Shown one piece after another: positions 56,986-64,000 of a stretch of 64,000 bases of DNA. The notes below the pieces were generated by a model that was not told where the DNA came from, did not search any database, and saw only the letters and a list, made by a program, of their open reading frames with translations. The position numbers and the translations under genes are program-made. Numbering within the stretch: the stretch's first letter is position 1; every line of letters begins with the position of its first letter. The DNA comes from Candidatus Shapirobacteria bacterium. Lineage in GTDB: Bacteria > Patescibacteriota > Microgenomatia > UBA12405. The stretch spans positions 8,417-72,416 of the forward strand of contig JBAYFX010000002.1 in assembly GCA_041666965.1 (NCBI GenBank), given 5' to 3'.

Positions 56986-58540
56986 TTTTTATTGGTTTTG
57001 TGGTTAACCGAGGTACTAGAGTATCCGTCTCGTCAAACCATTCTTTGAGAAAATCTCCCACAATCGGCGCTGCTGCGTCGCTCCCCTCGCCTCCGCGCTC
57101 CAGCAATACTGTAACCGCAATCTCTGGGTTATCTGCCGGCGCAAAAGCCGTCAGCCAGGCATGGGTCTCCGTTGAATTTCCTCCCACCTCAGCCGTCCCT
57201 GTTTTACAAGCTATCGTTGTTTTGAAGTTAAACAACGGCCAAGCCGTCCCTCCCGTCTGACATGCCGCCCTCATTCCCCTTTTTATTATTTCCAAATTTT
57301 CCGGTTTCAACTTTAAGTCCACACAATTTCCACTAGTCCCCGACATAATTGTCGGTCGGCACTTAATACCGCCAGTAGCAATTATTCCGGTTACCATATT
57401 CACCTGTAATGGCGTGGTGGCTACATCCCCCTGGCCAATGGCCATATGATAGGTGTTCCCTGTAAACCACCCTTCTCCCTTAGCTTCTTTTTTCCAATCC
57501 GGATCCGGAATCAACCCTCCCACCTCGGATGGTAGTTCAATTCCTACTGTTTCCCCTAAACCTAACTTATATGCCCAGTCTGATATGGTTTTGGGGCCAA
57601 TTATTTCTCCGGCTTTATAAAAATAGATATCGTTTGATCTCTTTAAAGCAGTTACCAAGTCCACAAACCCATCAGTCCCTCCCCGTTTGTTCCACAACCA
57701 ATTAGTATATTTGTAATTACCTATCATTAAAAATCCCGTATCCTCAACTACCTGATTCGGGTCTAATTTGTTACTTTCCAATCCGGCAATACTTACTGTC
57801 AATTTAAAAGTGCTACCCGGGTGGTATTTCGCCCCAATTGCCCGGTTTAGAAGTGGCAAATTTATTGAGTCATTAATATATTCAAATATCTTATTATTGT
57901 CTCCGATATTGGTAAAAACGTTTGGGTCATATGATGGAGATGACACCAGTGCTACCACTTCCCCAGTATCCGGATAAGACACTACCGCCGCCCCGGCTTT
58001 TCCCTCCATTAACTTATATAGTTTGTCTTGCCAATAAGCGTCAATACTTAGCTTTACATCGATTCCTTTGCTTGGCAGCAGTCTTCCCAATTCACGAATA
58101 TATTTCCCCATCGAGTCCACTTCAACCAGCCTTTTCCCAGCCACTCCGGTTAACTCTTTATCCATAACTTTTTCCACCCCACTCTTCCCCTTCCATCCGG
58201 TCACCGAACCCAAACTTACGCCATACGGATAATACCTGACATTTTTAAAATCCGGCTCCAATTGACTAAATTCCCAACCTTCAAATTCCCCCGGCTCCTG
58301 CCATACTTCTAGCTTTGTTTTTCCATTCCTATAGCTAAACTTATCCTCAGCCACTACCCTCCCCTTCCGGTCCACGATTCTACCTCTTTCAGGCTCAATT
58401 TTAATCTCAGAAATTCGATTATTGTTAGCCAAACTCCGATAATATTTTCCTTTAATCACCATCAGCTCACACGCTTTTACCGCCAATACTCCCAAGCTCA
58501 CCATCACCGCCCACTCAAGTACCCAATACCATCGTTTCAC
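56969..58540 (-). CDS. mrdA: Penicillin-binding protein 2-type transpeptidase
   Basis: N-terminal TM. SxxK (GSTFK), SxN and KTGT (KTGTAEV) motifs. Lies immediately downstream of mreB. Confidence 0.85.
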   Translation of the reverse strand: MKRWYWVLEWAVMVSLGVLAVKACELMVIKGKYYRSLANNNRISEIKIEPERGRIVDRKGRVVAEDKFSYRNGKTKLEVWQEPGEFEGWEFSQLEPDFKNVRYYPYGVSLGSVTGWKGKSGVEKVMDKELTGVAGKRLVEVDSMGKYIRELGRLLPSKGIDVKLSIDAYWQDKLYKLMEGKAGAAVVSYPDTGEVVALVSSPSYDPNVFTNIGDNNKIFEYINDSINLPLLNRAIGAKYHPGSTFKLTVSIAGLESNKLDPNQVVEDTGFLMIGNYKYTNWLWNKRGGTDGFVDLVTALKRSNDIYFYKAGEIIGPKTISDWAYKLGLGETVGIELPSEVGGLIPDPDWKKEAKGEGWFTGNTYHMAIGQGDVATTPLQVNMVTGIIATGGIKCRPTIMSGTSGNCVDLKLKPENLEIIKRGMRAACQTGGTAWPLFNFKTTIACKTGTAEVGGNSTETHAWLTAFAPADNPEIAVTVLLERGGEGSDAAAPIVGDFLKEWFDETDTLVPRLTTKPIKNETNI

Positions 58541-59607
58541 TGACCCATTACCTCCAACTGTCTGGCTAATCCCTGATCATCAAGTAATTTTGCCAATCCC
58601 CGAATTACGGCCCGATCCGGTTCTGCCACCTTAAGGCAACTTATTTTTAACTCTGATTCAATTTGTTCTCTTAAGCCATATTGCAAACTGGCTCCACCTA
58701 CTAAAACAATTCCCCGCCTAGTAACTTGAGCCATTATTTCCGGAGGTGCCTGATCCGCCAATGACTTAATGTTCTTAGTGATTTTTGTCAATTCTAAGGC
58801 TAGGGCTTCCCCAATTTCCCCCCGGTCCACTTTAATACTCACCGGTAATCCTGATTCCAAACTCCTCCCCCGTACCACTGTTTTTTCCCCCGCTTCAATT
58901 TTTCCCAGCTCCTCTCTCGCCCGCCGAGCCGTTACTAGACCAATCAATATCCCATATTTAATTTTAATAAAATTTATTATTGCCTGGTCCATAGTATCCC
59001 CACCTACATTTAGTTTTTTTGACAACACAATTCCCCCCCCCGATACCAAGCTCATTTCAGTTTTCCCCGCACCTACGTCTACTACCAACCCCTCAATATT
59101 ATTTTTAATACTGCTTACGCCTAAAAGCGCCGCCGCCGCTTGGTTAATAAAAGTCAACTTCCCACCACCCGATGCCTCAAACACTCCCTTTATTGCCCGC
59201 CTCTGAACATTCGACATTTCATAAGACACACCTACCACTCCCCGGGTCTTCAAAATTGCCGGATACCGGGTAGGAACACTTCCTAGTTTCTTAAAAAACC
59301 AGGAAACCAGCATTGTTAAGCCGCTTAAGTCCTGAATTTCTCCGCCCATCATCGGCCACACTACTTCCACTTTCTTAGGCTCTTTCTCCTGCATTATTGC
59401 TGCCTTGTCCCCATAAGCTACTACCACTGCCCTTTTCTGCCACCGCTTTTTTTTAATTCGAGCTAAAGCACTGGCTTCTTCCACCACAATTCCCCTCTCA
59501 GCCAAGTAAATCAATGACACCTTAGATCCCAAGTCCAGTGCCAACCTCATTCGGAAACGATCAACCGTTTCCATCCATTTTTCTTTAACTTGACTTATGC
59601 CTACCAT
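58537..59607 (-). CDS. mreB: Rod shape-determining protein MreB (actin-like ATPase)
   Basis: LALDLGSKVSLIYLAERGIVVEE phosphate-1 region and LVVDVGAGKTEMSLVSGGGIV phosphate-2 region. Confidence 0.8.
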   Translation of the reverse strand: MVGISQVKEKWMETVDRFRMRLALDLGSKVSLIYLAERGIVVEEASALARIKKKRWQKRAVVVAYGDKAAIMQEKEPKKVEVVWPMMGGEIQDLSGLTMLVSWFFKKLGSVPTRYPAILKTRGVVGVSYEMSNVQRRAIKGVFEASGGGKLTFINQAAAALLGVSSIKNNIEGLVVDVGAGKTEMSLVSGGGIVLSKKLNVGGDTMDQAIINFIKIKYGILIGLVTARRAREELGKIEAGEKTVVRGRSLESGLPVSIKVDRGEIGEALALELTKITKNIKSLADQAPPEIMAQVTRRGIVLVGGASLQYGLREQIESELKISCLKVAEPDRAVIRGLAKLLDDQGLARQLEVMGQ

Positions 59608-59651
59608 GTCTTATTCTAAAACACATTAGCCCACTCTCCTATAATTACCTT

Positions 59652-61571
59652 ATGACCAAATTATATTATCTTTTGTTTCTAGTTACTCCGCTTTTGTTTT
59701 TTACCCTAAACTCTGAGGTTTTCGAAGTTCCCAAAATGTATTTTGTTTACCTACTGACCCTTCTAATCCTTGCCCGCCATCTTTGGGGTTATCTTAAAGG
59801 AAGGCATCCTCTTTATCTGCCTCACCCCCTTAATCTCCCTCTATCCCTATTTTTTCTAAGTCAACTTATATCTACCCTAATTTCCACTAATCCTACCCTT
59901 TCCTGGTTTGGTTACTATTCCCGATTAAACGGCGGTCTGCTGTCCACCCTCGCTTACCTATTGTTATTTATCATCGCCGTCGTTCATTTCACCCCTTCCT
60001 CATTTTTCCATCTCTTGCACCGCTCTACCCTACTCGCCTCACTTCCGATTGTCACCTATGCTCAGGCTCAACATTTTGGTATCGACTCAAATTACTGGGT
60101 CCAGGACGTCAAGGCTCGGGTCTTCTCAACTTTTGGTCAACCCAACTGGTTGGCTACATATCTCGGTGTAGTTCTGGCCTTCTCTTTAAGTCAAATCAAC
60201 TTACCGGACAATACTTTTATTCGCCGTCTTTCTTCACTCTATCCAATCCTAATCATTATTGCCATTATTTTCACCCAATCAAAAACTGGTTTAACCGCCA
60301 CTGCTTTAGTAATCGGTTTAACCTTTATATTACAAATCGGTAAAACTAAACTATGGCAACTTCTAAGCTACCCGTTTCTATTCTTTTTCCTTCTCTTAAT
60401 TACTCCCAATTTTATTACCCAAAAGCTTTTTCCCGCTTCCCCCGCTGCCGGTACTCAAGTTCCTCCAACTCAGAATGTCACTTCAAGTGGCGACATTCGC
60501 CTTATTGTTTGGCAAGGTGCACTTTCTCTTTGGCGCCAATACCCTCTTTTTGGTACTGGTCCGGAAACTTTTGCTGATACTTATTATTGGGTTCGCCCCA
60601 TCTCCCACAACCTTACCTCTGAATGGGACTTTCTTTACAACAAAGCCCATAATGAATATTTAAATTACGCCGCCACTACCGGTACTTTTGGTATTTTGGC
60701 CTATTTGTCGGTTTTACTGTTCACCCTTATTTTAATCATCCGCTCCCAACAGTACACCCTGCTAACTGCCTACCTCTGTCTTTTAGTCAATCACGCCACT
60801 GGCTTTTCCATCGTCATTAGTGCTCTCTATTTATTTCTCATTCCCGCCGCCATTTCCTGGCCCAAACCAGCCCCCACTCCACTCTCCAAACCAAATCATT
60901 TAGTCTACCTACCCCTGTTTCTGGTCATTGTCTTTTTACTACCCAAAGTTGTGCTTTTTTACCTCTCAGATCTCTACTATGCTCAAGCTTTAAAGCAATC
61001 AAGCGCCGGTCAATACCCAAGTGCCCTCACCCAAATCGAGCTGGCTACGTCCCTTCGGCCAAATTTCCCTGAATACCTCATTAATCTTTCGGTCATTTCC
61101 GCCCAAAATGCCCTGTCTACCACCGACGCCGCACTTCAAAATAAATACTACCAAGCCGCCATTTCAGCCTCTGATAAGGCGCTAGTTTTGTCTCCCAGCA
61201 GCATTAATTACTGGAAATTATCTGCTCAAACCAGCTATTATCTTAAAGATTTTAATCAAAACTTGCTCAAACAAGCCACCACCCGGCTCATTAATGTGTC
61301 CAAGCTAGCCCCCACCGACGCCCGTTTATTCTTTTTAATTGGCGAGTTCCAGCTAGAACTTAAGGATTATTCTGCCGCCCAAAAGAGTTACCAGACAGCA
61401 CTCAACCTCAAATCCAACTACGACCATGCTTCCTTTCGTCTAGCTCAAATTTATTTCTTAAATAAAAAATTCCCCCAGGCTAAAAATATGTTGGAGTTAA
61501 CCCTACGTTTGGCTCCATCCAATATAGACGCCAGAGATTTATTAAATAAAATACCCGCCAATACTAACTAA
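59652..61571 (+). CDS. Polytopic membrane protein (O-antigen ligase/Wzy-like) with C-terminal TPR repeats
   Basis: About 10 TM segments in the N-terminal 400 aa. C-terminal TPR-like helices (AQKSYQTALNLKSNYDHASFRLAQIYFLNKKFPQA). Confidence 0.45.
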   Translation: MTKLYYLLFLVTPLLFFTLNSEVFEVPKMYFVYLLTLLILARHLWGYLKGRHPLYLPHPLNLPLSLFFLSQLISTLISTNPTLSWFGYYSRLNGGLLSTLAYLLLFIIAVVHFTPSSFFHLLHRSTLLASLPIVTYAQAQHFGIDSNYWVQDVKARVFSTFGQPNWLATYLGVVLAFSLSQINLPDNTFIRRLSSLYPILIIIAIIFTQSKTGLTATALVIGLTFILQIGKTKLWQLLSYPFLFFFLLLITPNFITQKLFPASPAAGTQVPPTQNVTSSGDIRLIVWQGALSLWRQYPLFGTGPETFADTYYWVRPISHNLTSEWDFLYNKAHNEYLNYAATTGTFGILAYLSVLLFTLILIIRSQQYTLLTAYLCLLVNHATGFSIVISALYLFLIPAAISWPKPAPTPLSKPNHLVYLPLFLVIVFLLPKVVLFYLSDLYYAQALKQSSAGQYPSALTQIELATSLRPNFPEYLINLSVISAQNALSTTDAALQNKYYQAAISASDKALVLSPSSINYWKLSAQTSYYLKDFNQNLLKQATTRLINVSKLAPTDARLFFLIGEFQLELKDYSAAQKSYQTALNLKSNYDHASFRLAQIYFLNKKFPQAKNMLELTLRLAPSNIDARDLLNKIPANTN

Positions 61572-62137
61572 AGCTTCCCTTCAATTACTTTTTTTACGTC
61601 CCACACCTCTTTTTTCTCCCCCCTCCACCTATAGAATTTTCCTCCCTCCAAGTCAATCCAGTCCACAAATAATATTCCGTCCAAGTGATCTGACTCATGT
61701 TGCCAAACAATTGCCTCAAATCCACCCAAAGCTTTCTTCTTTGTCACCAATTTTTTGTTAATTAGCTCTTGCCACTTAACGTCTATTTTCAAATACCGCC
61801 GCACAGTCCCGTAATAATCGGGAAAAGACAAACATCCTTCCAAAAAGTCTTCGGATGTTTTGTCATCCTTTACAATTACAGGGTATGCTTTTTCCCCATA
61901 TGTTTTGGTTATTTCCGGGTTAATAAATACTTTTACTTTTTTTGTTACCGGATCTTTAATTCCAAAGAATCTCCCCTCAATTCCTAATTGGGTCGCCGCC
62001 AACCCGGCACCGTTTTCCGCCCCCACCAACTCTTTTTTTAATTCATCAATCTCCCTAATCAATTTGGCTTGAACCTTTTCAATCGGTTTTGTCTTTATCC
62101 TTAAAACATCATTAGGATAGGTTACAATTTTGGTCAC
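61568..62137 (-). CDS. def: Peptide deformylase
   Basis: GAGLAATQLG, EGCLSFP and HESDHLDGIL (HExxH) motifs. Confidence 0.9.
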   Translation of the reverse strand: MTKIVTYPNDVLRIKTKPIEKVQAKLIREIDELKKELVGAENGAGLAATQLGIEGRFFGIKDPVTKKVKVFINPEITKTYGEKAYPVIVKDDKTSEDFLEGCLSFPDYYGTVRRYLKIDVKWQELINKKLVTKKKALGGFEAIVWQHESDHLDGILFVDWIDLEGGKFYRWRGEKKEVWDVKKVIEGKL

Positions 62138-62222
62138 GTTCTATTTTATCAAACTGTTCCCTTTGTCTGCCGTTTACCCACTTTCAACTTTATGAACTTT
62201 ATGAACTTAAGTATAATGGGCT

Positions 62223-63125
62223 ATGTTTAGACTAATCTTTTTTGGCTCTTTTGGTCAATACTCCCAACTCACTCTGGAAAAACTTCTTACCCACCCCGAA
62301 ATTAATGTGGTCACAGTCGTCACCTCCCCTCCCCGGCCCGGTAACCGCGGTCAAATTACTAAAAATCCGGTTGAAGTTTTCGCCCAATCCCAAAGTATTC
62401 CCGTCCTGACTCCGTCTACGCTCAAAGACAATCTTCCTCCACTTCCCCCAGCCGATTTCATTTTAGTGGCTGGCTATGGGTTATTAATCCCCGCGTCTTG
62501 GTTATCTCACCCCCGTTACCTGGCTTTAAATGCCCACCCGTCCCTTTTGCCGCTTTATCCCGGACGTTTCCCTGTTGAATGGGCCCTGCTAACCGGGCAA
62601 AAAGAAGTTGGCTTGAGCATAATTTCCATGAACTCCGGCTTTGACTCAGGCGCCCTTGTTTATCAAAAATCACTCGAGGTCTCTCCATCCGATACCCGCC
62701 ACACCCTTTATTTGGAACTTTATGCTCAAACTGGCTTAATTGCACCCGATTTGTTTACCCAACTGAGTAATTCCCTGTTAACACCCTGGTCTCAGCCCAA
62801 CCTACCCACCTTCTATGCCCGAGGTCTTACCCGTGATGACGGATTTATTCCTTTTGATATTTTTCTTAGCTTTGCCAACACTAACCCGATTCCTTCCACC
62901 CCCTGGCCTCTGCTTGAAGAAATTAACCTCCATCTTCCCTCCCCCATCAATCCCCACACCTTAATTAGTCGCATGCAGCTAGCCCTCCAACCCTGGCCAG
63001 GTTTATGGACCAAAACACCTACCGGCATCCGGCTTAAGATCACCCAACTTTCGCCCCTTATGGTTCAGCCTGAAAGCAAGCTTCCTACCCCCTGGACACA
63101 CATAAAAAATCTCCATACTAATTAG
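62223..63125 (+). CDS. fmt: Methionyl-tRNA formyltransferase
   Basis: N-terminal IFFGSFGQYSQLTLEKLL and the LNAHPSLLPLYPG (SLLP) formyltransferase motif. Divergent from def. Confidence 0.8.
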   Translation: MFRLIFFGSFGQYSQLTLEKLLTHPEINVVTVVTSPPRPGNRGQITKNPVEVFAQSQSIPVLTPSTLKDNLPPLPPADFILVAGYGLLIPASWLSHPRYLALNAHPSLLPLYPGRFPVEWALLTGQKEVGLSIISMNSGFDSGALVYQKSLEVSPSDTRHTLYLELYAQTGLIAPDLFTQLSNSLLTPWSQPNLPTFYARGLTRDDGFIPFDIFLSFANTNPIPSTPWPLLEEINLHLPSPINPHTLISRMQLALQPWPGLWTKTPTGIRLKITQLSPLMVQPESKLPTPWTHIKNLHTN

Positions 63126-63219
63126 CTTTATATTCCGCATATATTCCGTATCTTCAGGAACATTTATTTTTGACTTTTAATCAAAAATTTTCAAAATTAA
63201 ATAAAGGAGGTACACAAAT

Positions 63220-63312
63220 ATGCCAGTCAAAAAAAAACCAGCCAAAAAAACAGTCAAAAAAGTGGTTAAAAAAACAGTTAAAAAAACTGTAAAGAAAGCT
63301 AAAAAGAAATAA
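63220..63312 (+). CDS. 30-aa Lys-rich small basic protein (histone-H1-like KKTVKK repeats), not in ORF track
   Basis: AAAGGAGG Shine-Dalgarno 9 nt upstream of the ATG. Translates as MPVKKKPAKKTVKKVVKKTVKKTVKKAKKK. Followed by a terminator at 63331-63356. Confidence 0.45.
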   Translation: MPVKKKPAKKTVKKVVKKTVKKTVKKAKKK

Positions 63313-63330
63313 GTCTAGTTTCTTTCAAAA

Positions 63331-63356
63331 AACGGCACTCCGGTGCCGTTTTTTTG
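63331..63356 (+). terminator. Rho-independent terminator
   Basis: AACGGCAC-TCCG-GTGCCGTT followed by TTTTTTT. Confidence 0.65.
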
Positions 63357-63365
63357 TGTCCAATC

Positions 63366-63560
63366 TTATGCTGAGGCAATTTCCATCTTCAGCCTCTTTA
63401 TACACTTAGTACAAAAATCACCTTTTATGGAACCTTGGGTGGTTTTTATGCTGATTTTTTGAATATTAGCCTTGTAAGTTCGAGGTGTCCTGTTTTGAGC
63501 ATGCGATCTGTTACGGCTAATCACCGTTCCTTTACCGCAAAATGAGCAATTTCGTGTCAT
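63366..63560 (-). CDS. rpmB: 50S ribosomal protein L28
   Basis: MTRNCSFCGKGTVISRNRSHAQNRTPRTYKANIQK...CTKCIK matches the L28 consensus. The start is placed at the internal Met; the track's upstream extension would collide with the divergent gene. Confidence 0.7.
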   Translation of the reverse strand: MTRNCSFCGKGTVISRNRSHAQNRTPRTYKANIQKISIKTTQGSIKGDFCTKCIKRLKMEIASA

Positions 63561-63597
63561 GGCGTATACTATAGCATTAGTCAGCCTTTTTTTAAAC

Positions 63598-64000
63598 ATG
63601 CTCCTTGGACTTCTAATCACCCTAACTTTTCTGATTATCGGAATCACTGTTCATGAATTTTCCCACGCCCTGGTAGCCGACCGCCTAGGTGACCCAACTC
63701 CGCGCTTTTCCGGTCGCCTTACCCTAAACCCCCTCTCGCACCTTGATCCACTGGGTTCAATCATGCTGGTTATTGCCGGATTTGGTTGGGGTAAACCTGT
63801 ACCCATCGACACCTACAACTTTTCTCACCCCCGTCGCGATGAAAATTTAGTCGCCATTGCCGGACCCTTAAGTAATTTACTTATTTTCTCAGTCCTGGGT
63901 TTACTTAACTTGGCTCTACCTCAATTTGGCCCCCTTTGGTTTACTGGCGCCCGTTTAAACCTATTTTTAGCCTTTTTTAACCTCCTTCCCCTCCCCGCCC
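63598..64000 (+). CDS. Peptidase M50 (site-2 protease family), 3' end beyond window
   Basis: [32 protein letters not shown]...[16 protein letters not shown]. The HExxH motif sits within a TM helix. No stop codon before the window end. Confidence 0.65.
   Translation, partial: MLLGLLITLTFLIIGITVHEFSHALVADRLGDPTPRFSGRLTLNPLSHLDPLGSIMLVIAGFGWGKPVPIDTYNFSHPRRDENLVAIAGPLSNLLIFSVLGLLNLALPQFGPLWFTGARLNLFLAFFNLLPLPA

Noticed and set aside
1-64000. rRNA, tmRNA, SRP RNA, transposases/IS elements, CRISPR-cas
   Set aside because: None of the characteristic conserved motifs (T-loop-bearing tmRNA ends, SRP domain IV GGAAGCAGC, DDE transposase blocks, repeat-spacer arrays) were seen on either strand.

Overview
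This is a 64 kb chromosomal window of about 42% GC, gene-dense, with compact operons and minimal-length versions of core proteins. It resembles a small-genome, Gram-positive-like bacterium of the CPR/Patescibacteria type; that placement is inference only. The recognisable core genes are gyrA (5'-truncated by the window edge), a Ham1-like NTPase, xerC/D, yebC, rluD-like, lspA-like, dksA/traR-like, dnaB, hisS, rpmE, an N-terminally short RF1-like release factor, htrA, ctpA, rpsR, ssb, rpsF, cysS, recR, ybaB, dnaX, yqeY, rpsU, rseP, frr, tsf, rpsB, topA, dprA, mrdA (PBP2), mreB, def, fmt, rpmB and an M50 protease truncated at the 3' edge. Two tRNAs are present: tRNA-Leu(CAA) on the minus strand and tRNA-His(GUG) on the plus strand. 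Three accessory regions stand out. (1) A five-gene operon at 28.7-36.1 kb encodes secreted proteins carrying cohesin-like and dockerin-like modules. It includes an LPxTG-type anchored cohesin protein and a 1167-aa Cys-rich, PT-linker-rich giant protein with tandem 135-bp repeats, and it lies next to a clan GH-A glycoside hydrolase. This looks like a cellulosome-like surface complex. (2) A ~12 kb island at 41.0-53.0 kb, flanked by core genes on both sides, holds nine minus-strand genes with no recognisable homology. Several of these share a repeated W/E-rich module and paralogous N-termini, and two have a conserved promoter-like architecture at their starts. Upstream of the island are a ~600-bp GC-rich (~57%) noncoding element with nested long-range complementarity and a GNRA-capped hairpin, two Zn-ribbon small proteins, and a cytoplasmic TraD/VirD4-like P-loop ATPase. 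(3) Several dispersed intergenic motifs recur: GGGTAGGGGAGTG at five or more sites, a tRNA-flanking 36-42 bp element, and an ~80-bp hairpin repeat on both sides of tsf. A 30-aa Lys-rich micro-ORF with a Shine-Dalgarno sequence and a terminator is missing from the ORF track. The ORF track evidently translates TTG/GTG first codons as M, so several listed starts are alternative start codons. No rRNA, CRISPR array or transposase was found.
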